DNA of 36,518 nucleotides from Planctomycetota bacterium (GTDB lineage Bacteria; Planctomycetota; PLA2; JAEUHO01): NCBI GenBank assembly GCA_050248855.1, contig JBFWRP010000039.1, positions 1 to 36,518 of the forward strand, read 5' to 3'. Shown piece by piece: positions 16,965 to 27,600 of this stretch (position 1 is its first letter; each line of letters starts with the position of its first letter). The notes under the pieces were generated by a model. It saw only the letters and a program-made list of their open reading frames with translations, ran no database searches and was not told where the DNA came from. The position numbers and the translations under genes were made by a program.

Positions 16965-19530
16965 GCGCTTCGAGCGGCGTGACGGCGTCGAGCTCCAGCG
17001 AGCGTAGCGCCTCCAGCACGGGATGCGGCGGCTCGGGCGCGAACAGCCCCAGCTGCACGTCGGCCGGCATGCGCGGCGCCGTGCCGAAGGCGATGCGCTC
17101 CACGACCCGGTCGCGGTCGCCCTCCAGTCCGCGCAGCACGGCACGCGCGCGCTGCACGACCGCCTCCGGCACGCCGGCGAGCTCGGCCACGTGGATGCCG
17201 TAGGAGCGGTCGGTCGCTCCTTCCTGGATGCGGCGCAGGAAGACGATGCGGTCTTCCCACTCGCGCACGGCCACGTTGAGGTTGATGACCGACGGGAGCT
17301 CCTCGGAGAGGCGCGTCAGCTCGTGGTAGTGCGTCGCGAACAGCGTGCGCGAGCCGCTCACCTCCGAGAGGTACTCGGTGAGCGCCCAGGCGATGGCGAT
17401 GCCGTCGAACGTGCTCGTGCCGCGGCCGACCTCGTCGAGCAGCACGAGGCTCTGCGGTGTCGCATGGTGCAAGATGAACGCCGTCTCGCTCATCTCCACC
17501 ATGAACGTGCTCTGGCCGCGTGCCAGGTCGTCCTCGGCGCCGACGCGCGCGAACAGCCGATCGGCGAGGCCGATGCGCGCCTTGGTCGCGGGCACGAACG
17601 ATCCCATCTGGGCCAGCAGCACGATCAGGCCCGTCTGCCGGATGTAGGTGCTCTTGCCGGCCATGTTGGGGCCCGTGATGAGCGCCACCCGGCGTTCGTC
17701 GTCGAGCACCGTGTCGTTGGGCACGAAGCGCTCGCCGCCGTCGAGCGCTGCCTCGACGACGGGGTGGCGACCATCGCGGATGTCGAGCGTGCGGTCGTCG
17801 AGCAGCTCCGGCCGCACCCAGCTGCCCGCGGCCGCCACATCGGCCAGCGCCGCGAGCACATCGAGCTCGGCCAGCGCGTCGGCTGTCGCCTGGAGCGGCG
17901 CCGTGGCCGCCGCGACGTCGCCTCGCAGCTCGAGGAACAGCCGGTGCTCGAGCTCCTTGGCGCGCTCGTCGGCCTTCAGGGCCTTCTGCTCCCACTCGTC
18001 CAGCTCGGGGGTGACGTAGCGCTCGGCGTTGCGCAGCGTCTGCCGGCGGATGTAGTTGTCCGGCACCTTGTCGCGGTGGGCGTGCGTGATCTCGAGGTAG
18101 TAGCCGAAGACGCGGTTGAAGCCGATCTTGAGGCTGGCGATCCCCGTGCGCTCGATCTCGCGTGCCTGGTACGCGGCGATCCACTCCTTCGCGCCGCGGG
18201 CCAGCCCGCGCAGCTCGTCCAGCTCGGTCGACCAGCCGGCGCGGAAGATCCCGCCCTCCGTGAGGGTCATCGGGAGCTCGTCGTCGAGCGCCCGCGCCAG
18301 TCGCTCGGCCAACGCCGAGAAGTCGCCGATCCGCTCGCGCAGCTCGGCCACGGTGCGGCTGTAGGCGTCCTTCACCAGCTCCCGTAGCGCGGGCAACGCC
18401 TCGAGGCTGCGCGCCAGGGCCGCGAGGTCGCGCGGGCTCGCGCGCTGGGTGGCCACGCGTCCGAGGATGCGCTCCACGTCGCGCACGGCCCCGAGTGCGT
18501 CGAGCAGGTCACGGCGCAGGAACGCATCGCGAACCAGCTCCTCCACGCCGTCGTGACGATGCGCGATGGCCGCGCGGTCGCGCAGCGGAGCGAGCATCCA
18601 CTCGCGCAGCAAGCGGCCGCCCATGGCGGTCCGCGTGCGGTCCAGGACGCCCACGAGCGTGCCGTCGGTGCTGCCGTCGGCGCGCTGCACGAGATCCAGG
18701 CGGCGGCGCGTCGTGCGATCGAGCAGGAGCACGTCGTTGCGGTCGCGGCGCTCGATGCGTGTCACGTGACCGAGCGCGGTGCGCTGGGTCTCGTCCAGGT
18801 AGGCGAGCGCGCCGCCGGCGGCCGCGTGCGCCGCGCCCTGGCCGGCGAGGCCGAAGCCGTCCAGGCTCGCGACGCCGAAGTGCTCCTTGAGCCGCCGCAG
18901 GGCGCTCTTGGGCTCCAGCGTGAACGCGGGGACGAAGGTGATGGCTACGCCCGCCGCCTGCTCCAGGCGCGTGGCCAGCTCGGGGTCGGTCTCGGCCTCG
19001 GGCGCCAACAGCTCGGCAGGCTGGATGCGCGCAATCTCCTCGTCGAGGCCCTCGTCGTCGACCTCGGCGGCGAAGAAGCGGCCCGTGGAGAGATCCACCC
19101 AGGCCAAACCATGGAGCGCGCCACGACCGCGCTTGGCCGTGGCCGGCCGGACGGCGAGCAGGTAGTTGCTGCGACGCGGGTCGAGGGCTTCGTCCTCGGT
19201 GATCGTGCCGGGCGTCAGCACGCGCACGACTTCCCGCTCGAGCAGGCCCTTGGTCGTGGCCGGGTCCGTGACCTGCTCGCAGACGGCGACCTTGTGCCCC
19301 CGTTCGAGGAGGCGCCGGAGGTAGCCGTCGGCGGCGCGCACGGGCACGCCGGCCATGGGGATGCGGCGCTCGCGGTCCCGCGCGGTCAGCGTGAGCCCGA
19401 GCTCCTCCGCGGCGACCTTCGCGTCGTCGTGGAACATCTCGTAGAAGTCGCCCATGCGGAAGAAGACCAACGCGTCGGGATGACGACGCTTGGCTTCGGC
19501 GTACTGGGCCATGGCAGGGGTTTCGGCCAC
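16924..19530 (-). CDS. mutS: DNA mismatch repair protein MutS
   Basis: TPAMAQY, FFRMGDFYEMF, TGPNMAGKST, STFMVEM, DEVGRGTST, ATHYHEL, SYGIHVA. Confidence 0.98.
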   Translation of the reverse strand: MAETPAMAQYAEAKRRHPDALVFFRMGDFYEMFHDDAKVAAEELGLTLTARDRERRIPMAGVPVRAADGYLRRLLERGHKVAVCEQVTDPATTKGLLEREVVRVLTPGTITEDEALDPRRSNYLLAVRPATAKRGRGALHGLAWVDLSTGRFFAAEVDDEGLDEEIARIQPAELLAPEAETDPELATRLEQAAGVAITFVPAFTLEPKSALRRLKEHFGVASLDGFGLAGQGAAHAAAGGALAYLDETQRTALGHVTRIERRDRNDVLLLDRTTRRRLDLVQRADGSTDGTLVGVLDRTRTAMGGRLLREWMLAPLRDRAAIAHRHDGVEELVRDAFLRRDLLDALGAVRDVERILGRVATQRASPRDLAALARSLEALPALRELVKDAYSRTVAELRERIGDFSALAERLARALDDELPMTLTEGGIFRAGWSTELDELRGLARGAKEWIAAYQAREIERTGIASLKIGFNRVFGYYLEITHAHRDKVPDNYIRRQTLRNAERYVTPELDEWEQKALKADERAKELEHRLFLELRGDVAAATAPLQATADALAELDVLAALADVAAAGSWVRPELLDDRTLDIRDGRHPVVEAALDGGERFVPNDTVLDDERRVALITGPNMAGKSTYIRQTGLIVLLAQMGSFVPATKARIGLADRLFARVGAEDDLARGQSTFMVEMSETAFILHHATPQSLVLLDEVGRGTSTFDGIAIAWALTEYLSEVSGSRTLFATHYHELTRLSEELPSVINLNVAVREWEDRIVFLRRIQEGATDRSYGIHVAELAGVPEAVVQRARAVLRGLEGDRDRVVERIAFGTAPRMPADVQLGLFAPEPPHPVLEALRSLELDAVTPLEALNRLAQLQREARG

Positions 19531-19674
19531 CGCGGATCGGCTCCCTCGTGGGCGGGCGAACCTACCAGCGCCAAGCGACCGTCCGGCGCGGGACGCGAGG
19601 CCCTGCGGTCGCGACGGTGGAGAAGCCGTGGAGTCCGTGGGGAGTCCCGATGGAGCGGGCTACCCTGGGCGCCC

Positions 19675-21174
19675 ATGTCCGACGAGGTCCTCCCGCCGCT
19701 GCCCCGCCCGACCCCTCCCGAGGGGGCGGGCGACATCGCCGCGCTGCTGCGTCGCCTGCCGCGCATGAACGACCTCCTGGGCGGGCTCTCCCCGGCGGAC
19801 CTCCAGCAGGCGCCGCGCGAGGAGTGGGGCGATGCCCTGCGCCAGGCCCTCGAGGAGGTACGCGCCGACGTCCTGGCGGCGCGCATCGGCCCGGTCGTGC
19901 TGGGGGGGCGGATCGCGGCGGGCAAGCTGATCGGCGCGGCCCGCCGCCGCATCGAGCGGCGGCGCGACCCGGGCTGCGTGCGGGTGGTCAACGCCACCGG
20001 CGTCGTGCTGCACACCAACCTGGGGCGTGCCGCGCTGCCGCCGGCCGCGCTCGAGGCCCTTGCCGCGCACGGTCGCGGCTACCAGCTGCTCGCGGCCGAC
20101 GCGGAGGGCGGCGCGCGCTCGCCGCGGGAGCGCCACGTCGAGCGGCTCTTCCGCGAGCTGACGGGCGCCGAGGCCGCCACCGTCGTCAACAACAACGCCG
20201 CCGCGACCCTCGTCGCGCTGGCCGCGCTGGGCGCCGGTCGCGAGATCATCGTGGCGCGCGGTCAGCTCGTGGAGATCGGCGGCGCCTACCGCATCCCCGA
20301 GGTCATGAACCAGAGCGGGGCGATCCTGCGCGAGGTGGGCACGACCAACCGCGTGCACCTCAGGGACTACGAGAACGCGATCGGCCCCGAGACCGCAGCC
20401 CTGCTGCGCGTGCACACATCGAACTACCGCGTCGAGGGCTTCCAGGGCGAGGTCGGTCTGGACGATCTGGTCGCGCTGGGCAAGGCCTACGGCATCCCCG
20501 TGATCGACGATCTCGGCAGCGGGGCGTTGGTCTCGCTCGCGGCCCACGGCGTGCCCGGCGACGAGCCCCTCATCCAGACCAGCCTGGCGGCAGGAGCCGA
20601 CCTGATCACGGCCTCGGGCGACAAGCTGATCGGTGGGCCGCAGATGGGCATCCTGCTCGGCACGCGTGCGGCCGTGGCCCGCGTGCGTGCGCACCCCTTC
20701 TACCGCGCGCTGCGCTGCGACAAGCTCACGCTGATCGCCATGGAGGCGACGCTGCGCACGTTCCTCCATCCGGAGCGCCTGCGTCACGACCATCCGACCT
20801 TTGCCATGCTCACGGCCGAGACGCACCACCTCGAGGCCGCTGCCGCGGACCTGGCCCTGCGGCTGGCCGAGGTGGTTGCGGCCGGTGGGCTGGCCGTGCA
20901 CGTGGACGAGGCGAGCGTGCCCGACGCGGTCGGGGCCGGCTCGTTGCCCACGGTCGAGCTGCCCGGGCGTGCCGTGCGGCTCACGCCGCACGCCATCGAG
21001 GCGGGCGAGCTCGCACGTCGCCTGCGGGTGGGCCCGGTCCCCGTGTTCACGACCGTCAAGGACGGCCACGTCTACCTGCATGTACGCACGCTCCAGCCCG
21101 GCGACGACGACGATGTGCTCGCCGCGTTCCGGGCCGCGTTCCAGGACCCCGCGGAGGACCCCGATGGCCCGTGA
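19675..21174 (+). CDS. selA: L-seryl-tRNA(Sec) selenium transferase
   Basis: VVNATGVVLHTNLGRA, VNNNAAA, RGQLVEIGG, EVGTTN, SGDKLIGGPQ. Confidence 0.96.
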   Translation: MSDEVLPPLPRPTPPEGAGDIAALLRRLPRMNDLLGGLSPADLQQAPREEWGDALRQALEEVRADVLAARIGPVVLGGRIAAGKLIGAARRRIERRRDPGCVRVVNATGVVLHTNLGRAALPPAALEALAAHGRGYQLLAADAEGGARSPRERHVERLFRELTGAEAATVVNNNAAATLVALAALGAGREIIVARGQLVEIGGAYRIPEVMNQSGAILREVGTTNRVHLRDYENAIGPETAALLRVHTSNYRVEGFQGEVGLDDLVALGKAYGIPVIDDLGSGALVSLAAHGVPGDEPLIQTSLAAGADLITASGDKLIGGPQMGILLGTRAAVARVRAHPFYRALRCDKLTLIAMEATLRTFLHPERLRHDHPTFAMLTAETHHLEAAAADLALRLAEVVAAGGLAVHVDEASVPDAVGAGSLPTVELPGRAVRLTPHAIEAGELARRLRVGPVPVFTTVKDGHVYLHVRTLQPGDDDDVLAAFRAAFQDPAEDPDGP

Positions 21175-22207
21175 TCGCGCCATCCGCCTCACGAAGTACG
21201 CCGCTGCCGGCGGCTGAGCCGCCAAGGTGGACAAGGCCACGCTTGAGGCCTTGCTCGTGTCCGTGCGGCACTTCACCCATCCCAGCGTCCTCGTCGGCTC
21301 GGAGACGTCCGACGATGCGGGCGTCGTGCGCCTGTCGGACGACGTGGCCCTCGTGCAGACCGTCGACTTCTTCCCGCCCATGGTGGACGACCCCGCGGGC
21401 TTCGGGCGCGTCGGAGCCGCCAACAGCCTCTCCGACGTCTACGCCATGGGCGCCCGCCCCGTCTCGGCCGTGTGCGTCTACGCCCTCCCCGCGAAGCTGC
21501 CGGAGCACGTGCCGGCCGCGATCCTGAACGGCGCCATCGAGGTGCTGCGCGAAGCCGACACGCCGCTCGTGGGCGGACACACGGTGCGTGACGAGGAGAT
21601 CAAGTTCGGCCTGTGCGTCCTGGGTGTCGTCCATCCGCAACGCATCGTGACGAATGCCGGTGCGCGCCCCGGCGACGTGTTGGTGTTGACCAAGCCGCTG
21701 GGCAGCGGGTTCCTCTGCACGGCGCTCAAGCGCGGCGAGCTGGACGAGGCCACCGAGCAGTACGTCATGGACGTGATGAGCACCCTCAACCGCGCCGCGG
21801 GCGAGGCCATGGTGGAGGTCGGCGTGAACGCCGCGACCGACATCACGGGTTTCGGCGTGCTGGGCCACGTGCTGGGCATGGCCACCGCCGCCGGCGTCAC
21901 CATGCGCCTGCGTGCGGCCGACGTGCCCTGGATGCAGGGCCTTGCGACCTTCGCCACCGGGCCCAACACCTGTGGCGGCCTCAAGCGCAACCTCGCCTAC
22001 GCGGAGGGCAAGGTGCGGTGGGAGGGCGGTGACGACCTGCAGCGCCAGGTGCTGGCCGATCCCCAGACCAGCGGCGGCCTGCTGATCTCGGTGCCGGGTG
22101 ATCGCCTCGACGCCTTGCTCGCCGCCTTGGAGGCGCGCGGTGTCACGACGCGCGCCGTGGTCGGCGACGTGCTCGCAGCCGGCGACCACCCGCTCGTCGT
22201 CGTGTAG
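21164..22207 (+). CDS. selD: Selenophosphate synthetase, selenocysteine-containing (UGA 21215-21217 = Sec18)
   Basis: GGAGGA SD, then MARDRAIRLTKYAAAGG-U-AAKV continuing in frame into DDAGV, QTVDFF, ANSLSDVYAMG, GGHT, TDITGFG, DPQTSGGLL. Confidence 0.95.
21229..21262 (+). promoter_or_regulatory. Candidate bacterial SECIS element
   Basis: Stem CAAGGCC (21232-38) / GGCCTTG (21247-53) with an 8-nt loop ACGCTTGA, 14 nt downstream of the in-frame UGA. Confidence 0.65.
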
Positions 22208-23597
22208 CCACGACGACGACGAGCGCCAGGGCCAGCACGAGCCATGTCGTCGCCGAGGAGGTCTTCGCCGGCGGGTCGGCCTGGAGCTCGACGGGCGCGT
22301 CGCCCTCGTGGGGAGGTCGGGCGACGTCGATGCGCGGGTGGAGAAGCGGTGGGGGCGCGGGTGGCACAGGCGCCTGCGGCGGCGTCTGCGCCTGCGGCGG
22401 CGTCTGCGCCCCGGGAGCATGTGCGCGGCGCTCCGCCAGCTGGAGGCGCAGCGCGTCGAGCGCCGGATGGGGGTCGCCGCGAAGCGGCGCGAGCACGGCC
22501 AGCAGCCGCGCGGCCTCGTCGAGGTCGTCGTGGCGCAGGGCCAGGGCGACGGGCACGAGCAGTCCCTCGAACACGTCGTCGTCGATGGCCGCCTGGGCCA
22601 GCAGCGAGGGACTCCGGAGCGCGGCCGCGTAGAGGCGGGCCGCGGCATCGGGGGCGTCGGCCCGGAGCGCGCTCGAGGCCAGCGTCAGGGCGTGGGATGC
22701 GGCTTCGGGTTCGTGCGACCAGGCCGCCAGGTGCGCGAGCGCGGCTTCGACGAACGCCTCGCCGGGCCAAGGCAGGGGCGCGGTCGGGTCGCCGTGCTCG
22801 TCGAGGGCGTCGAACCGCGCGTGGAGGCGCCACAGGTCCAGACGGGACGATCGCGCCGGGTCGTCGACGAGCGCGTTGGCCATGCGGACCGCGCGGTCGG
22901 CCGCCTCTGGCTGGCCGCCGCGGGCCCACGCGCGCGCCGCCTGCTCCCACCACGTGGCGCGGCGTGCGTCGTCCACGTCGTGGGTGGGATCGGCGGCCAG
23001 ACCCTCCAGCAGCAGCGCGGCCTCGCCGAAGCGGCCGAACATGCGGGCCAGCTTGCTCTCCAGCAGCACGCGGTCGCGCTCGAGCCGCTCGATCAGCGCG
23101 ACTTCCGCCGTGGCGACGGTGGGATCCACGCCCCGTGGTGGATGGCCGCGCCATGCCGCCAGCCACGCGAACGCGGCTTCGGCGCGCGGTGCGTTGCCGG
23201 CCTCGAGGTGCAGCGCGACGACCCGTGCGGCCGCCAGGCCCTGGCGCGGTGCGCCCGTCGGGTACAGGTCGCGCGCCCGCGTGTAGTCGAGCAGCGCGTG
23301 CTCGTGGCCGCCGGGCCGACGCTCGAGCACGGCGGCCCGTGAGAGCCAGAGGTCGGCGGCGTGGTTCGTGACACCTTCGGCGTCGGCCAGTGCGCGCGCC
23401 TGCTCCAGCCAGCGCACGACGTCCGCCTCCTCGCGGGAGGACGGCTCGAAAGGGGGAGCCCCGATGCGTGTCGCCGTTCCGGGAGGGAGGCGGCGCACCT
23501 CGGAGGGCCCGCTGGATGCGGGCCCTCCGGCAGCGAGGAAGAGAAGGGCGAGAGCGGCGCGCAACGCGGTCCCGGCGGGACGACGCGACGACGTCAT
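22143..23597 (-). CDS. Exported TPR-like all-alpha protein with Pro-rich linker and C-terminal TM anchor plus basic tail
   Basis: Signal-like ALALLFLAAGGPASS; Ala/Leu-rich helical repeats; C-terminus TWLVLALALVVVVATRRR...; ATGA overlap with the upstream gene. Confidence 0.65.
   Translation of the reverse strand: MTSSRRPAGTALRAALALLFLAAGGPASSGPSEVRRLPPGTATRIGAPPFEPSSREEADVVRWLEQARALADAEGVTNHAADLWLSRAAVLERRPGGHEHALLDYTRARDLYPTGAPRQGLAAARVVALHLEAGNAPRAEAAFAWLAAWRGHPPRGVDPTVATAEVALIERLERDRVLLESKLARMFGRFGEAALLLEGLAADPTHDVDDARRATWWEQAARAWARGGQPEAADRAVRMANALVDDPARSSRLDLWRLHARFDALDEHGDPTAPLPWPGEAFVEAALAHLAAWSHEPEAASHALTLASSALRADAPDAAARLYAAALRSPSLLAQAAIDDDVFEGLLVPVALALRHDDLDEAARLLAVLAPLRGDPHPALDALRLQLAERRAHAPGAQTPPQAQTPPQAPVPPAPPPLLHPRIDVARPPHEGDAPVELQADPPAKTSSATTWLVLALALVVVVATRRRAGGRRLRARRRPRRAS
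22371..22410. repeat. 18-bp tandem repeat (2.2 copies; AQTPPQ)
   Basis: CGCCTGCGGCGGCGTCTG twice plus CGCC, within the Pro-rich linker. Confidence 0.85.
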
Positions 23598-24481
23598 CGG
23601 GGCTCCTCGACCGGATCGTCCAAGGTGATGTGGTCGACGTCCTCGACCGGCGTGCCGGGCGGGGGCGGCGTGGAGGGTTCGGTGATGACCGGCGGGGGCT
23701 TGGGCGGGTCGGGGAACCAACCAAGGTCGCGCGTGGCTTGGCCCTCGCACGCGGGGTCCAGGCACGGTCGTTGGCTCAAGTGGAAGAGGCCGGCGATGGG
23801 CGCGCGGCGCCATAGCACCAGCTCGCCCGTCTGGCAGGTGACCCACATCTCGCCCTTGGCATGCACGCTGCTGCCCGTGGCCACGTTCTTGGTCCACCAG
23901 GCCCAGCGGCGCTCCACGCGCCCCTGGGCGCGCGCCTCGTAGCGTGCGATCTCGAAGTAGCCCTCCCAGGGGATGCGCAGGCACCACGCTGCGCTGATCG
24001 TCTTCTCGACGCGCGTCACCTCGGTGATGCTCTCGCCGCGCGTGCGGCCGGCGCTGATCGAAGCCTCGAGCGTCGCGATCGCGAGCGAAGCCTCGAGCCC
24101 GAACGAGCCGCTGACGGTCCACGACGTGGAGTCGCCCTGGCGCGTCTCGATCACCACGCGATCGGTGCTGCTGCCGTGGGGACAGTGCCACACCTCGCCC
24201 GTGGCGCGCAGGGCCAGCCACGAGGACGTCTTGACGATGACGGGCGCCTCCTCGAGCGCGACACGGCACTCGCCGCCGTCCATCTCGACGTAGTCCGCGC
24301 CGAGGCCCCAAGGGCCCCAGCGGTCGAGGATCTCGAAGCCGGGCTGCTGCCGGAGCTGGCGCTCGGTGGGGGGCGGGCAGTCCTCGCAGTCGGCGCGGGC
24401 GCCAGGCGCCGCGAGCAGGGCGCAGGCGAGAAGCAGGGCGAGCGGACCGGCGCGCCCGGCGGGGAGCAGGTGGACGGACAT
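23594..24481 (-). CDS. Secreted Cys-containing beta-rich hypothetical protein, possibly aerolysin/ETX-MTX2-like
   Basis: CAGGAGG SD; signal peptide ending PGARA-D; Ser/Thr-rich amphipathic segment STSWTVSGSFGLEASLAIATLEASISAGRTRGES. The gene is well supported; the fold is inferred. Confidence 0.6.
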   Translation of the reverse strand: MSVHLLPAGRAGPLALLLACALLAAPGARADCEDCPPPTERQLRQQPGFEILDRWGPWGLGADYVEMDGGECRVALEEAPVIVKTSSWLALRATGEVWHCPHGSSTDRVVIETRQGDSTSWTVSGSFGLEASLAIATLEASISAGRTRGESITEVTRVEKTISAAWCLRIPWEGYFEIARYEARAQGRVERRWAWWTKNVATGSSVHAKGEMWVTCQTGELVLWRRAPIAGLFHLSQRPCLDPACEGQATRDLGWFPDPPKPPPVITEPSTPPPPGTPVEDVDHITLDDPVEEPR

Positions 24482-24626
24482 GGGAACCTCCTGGAGCGGC
24501 CCCGGGCTGGGGCGCGCAGGGAGGTCCACGCGATCGCGGGGGCCGCGGTCACCGGCGCGCGGACAAGACCCTGGATGGCAACTTCGGGCCTCGCGCCCCG
24601 CCGCCTGCGAGGATCGCCGCGCCCGC

Positions 24627-27600
24627 GTGATCGAACCCCCGAACGCCCCGCTGCCGAACGCCCCCCTGCCCGTGGCGCTCGGGCAGCTGGAGGCGTGCGT
24701 GAGCGCCGTCGGCGCGGACAGCGAGGCGCCGCCCGCCCGGCGCGCCCGGGCGTTGGCGGCGATCGAGAGCGATCTCTGCCTGGCGCTCGCCGAGCACGCC
24801 TCGGCGCCCGACCTCGCGGGCTTGCGCGGTCACCCGGTGATGGCGGCCATGGAGGCCTGGGGCGACGACGCCCGGCAGCTGGCCGAGCCCGAGGCCGCCA
24901 CGGCTGCCGAGCAGCTCGTGGAACGCCTGGTCGCGGACGAAGGCGAGCGCTGGCAGCGGACCGCCACGGCCCTCCTCGACCGGACCGAGGGCGACGAGGT
25001 GCAGGCCGCGCGTCTGTTCGAGCACCTGCTCGAAGCGACCGCGCTCGAGCGCGAGGCACTCTGTCGCGATCGCGACCATGACGACCCCACGCCCGTCGGG
25101 ACTGCGCGCGAGCCCGTGCGCGAGGCCCTCGCCGCTGCGAAGCCCTCGGCGCGGCAGCGCGAGCAGTGGGTGCGCGCCCTCGTCGATTGCGCCGACGACG
25201 TCCTGACGGGTGTCGACGACATGCCGCCGGCGCGGGCTGCGCAGCACCTGCGCCTCGTGGCCGACGACGTCGCGTGGCACCGCCGCACGATCGAGCCCGG
25301 CCGCGGCGTGGGCAAGCCCCTGGACCGCAAGCTGCGGCGCCTGCGTGTCGAGGTGCAAGAGCGCCAGCTCCAGGACGCCCTGGAGGACCGCTTCGGCGCG
25401 CGCACCGTGTCCCGCTTCGAGCGTCTGGTCCTGCTGCTGATCTTCGTCGTGGTCGGCATCCTGCTGGTGGAGGCCCTGTTCGACCCGCCGCTCGCCGTGC
25501 AGGTGGCGCTGACGGCCATCGACACCTTGGCGTGCGGCATCTTCCTGACCGAGTTCTTCGTGAAGCTGGCGCTCGTGAAGGGCCGGGGTTCGTGGTTCCT
25601 GCGCCACGTCCTGATCGACTTCATCCCGTCGATCCCGTTCGGCCTCTTGACGCTGCACGACAAGCTGGTGGCGGCCGACCAGGCGCGCTGGGGGCGGCTC
25701 CTGCGCTTGATCCGCATCACGCGCGTGGCGCGCTATCTCCGCGTGCTGCTGCCCTTGATCCGCATGATGCGCGCGTACGGCTTCCTGGCCCGCGGTCTTG
25801 ACCGCCTCATGCGTCGCTACGGCGAGCTGCTCAACCGCAACGTGATCCTCTACCCGCGCCGCGAGGAGCGGGAGGCCGCACGGCGCCTGGGCGAGGGCGC
25901 GGCGCGTCGTGCCGCGCGCCTGCGGACGCGCTTGGACGAAGCGTGGCGCGTGCTCCTGCGCAGCGCCCCGCCCGAGGAGCGTGCGGCCGTGCTGGCCACG
26001 CGGGTGGACGCCCTGGCCGCCGCGCGCGAGCGCGGCTGGCTCCAACGACCCGCGCGGCAGGACTTGGTCACGGTGCGGACGACCGTCGAGGTCCCCGCCG
26101 AGGCGTTCTTCGACCGCCTCGAGTCCGTCACGCCCGAACAGCTGGAGGCGGAGTACGGGCAGGACTTCGTGGCCCGCTGCGCGCGGGCCACGCGCTTGTT
26201 CGCGCGTCCGCCGATCCGCTGGTTCCCGGTCCTGCGCCACGCGGTGCCGCGGCTGGCGCCCGGCATGACGGATGCGCAGATCACCGCGGCCGCCGCGCAC
26301 GCCCTCGGGCGCGAGCTGCGCCGTCACCACGACCGGGTGATGGCGCTCGGCGACCTGCACGGCACGGTGACCCCCGCCGAGCTCGTCGATCGCGTGGGCA
26401 CGGTCATGTTCCGGGCCAGCCTCCGTCCCGCGCGCAAGCTGCTCCTGGTCGGCGGCGTGTTCCTGCTCCTGCAGGGAGCGGCGGGCGTGTTCGGCTTGGA
26501 CGCGCGGGGCTGGGCAGCCTGGATCGAGTCGCTCATCGGCGACACGCTGCTCCTGCTCGGCGGCATCTGCCTGCTCGTGTTGGGCATCGGCTGGTGGCTG
26601 CGCAGCCTGGCGGGCCGTGCCACGGCCTTCTACGAGCAGGTCGCGCACGCGCAGTACCTGGCGTTGACGGAGGCCATCAAGGGACGCTACCTGACGCGCG
26701 ATGCGGAGATCTTCGAGCAGCGCGTGCTCGCGCCCGAGAGCCGGGTCGTTCCGGGGGCCGTCACCGCCAACGGCGCGTCGCGGCGCGAGCTCTTCCTGCG
26801 TGTCGTCCGCTCCTGGCTGGTGGCGCCGTCAAGCGGGGCGGACAGCGGGGTCTCGGAGACGCTCGACCGGGTCGTCATGCTCTACCGCGACAGCCTGGAC
26901 GGGGCGCTGTTCGTGGAGAACGACAACCGCACGACGGCGCAGCTCCTGGGGGACCCGGCGCTCCAGGAGATGCGCCGCTTGGCGTGGTGCTTCGACCGCC
27001 ACGACGAACGCCAGCTGCTGCGGCTGGACTTGCTGCGGAAGCGGACCTTCTTCGGTGGCCCGTATCTCTGGTTCAGCTTCATCAGCAAGGCCGTCACCCA
27101 AGACGTCGCGCGGCTCATCGTGGACTACAATCGCCACGCGATTCCCCTGGCCGAGCTGCGGCGCTCGACACCGAAGGAGCGCGAGGCGTACGAGCGCTGG
27201 AAGCGCGGGGCGAACGACGACCTGCACGGCTCCAAGTTCCACCCGCGTGACGTCGTCTACCAGACCACGGCGTTCAAGGCGCTGCACTTCCTCGACGTGG
27301 ACCCCGGCCGCGATGCCGAGGTCGCAGCGGTCTACGGCGAGGACGTGGCGGCCAAGCTCGTCGCGGACCGGCAGGTCCTGGTGCGCGAGATCTTCGGCAC
27401 CTACCCGCGTCATCTACGGCCCAAGGAGCGCCGCGTTGCCAACCTCTACCAGCTCTACAACGACTGGTTGCAGGGCGGGCGCGGCCTCTTCATCCCGTTC
27501 CGCTTGCTGCTGCTCTTCCTCAAGAGCACCTGGGCCGCCGTCCTCTGGATCGCGCGGGCGGTGGGGGAGATCCGCCGGACGGAACAGCGCCTTCACCCGG

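Noticed and set aside
21215..21217. selD as a pseudogene, or starting at 21227
   Set aside because: The UGA sits at the catalytic Cys/Sec position, with a downstream hairpin and selA adjacent.
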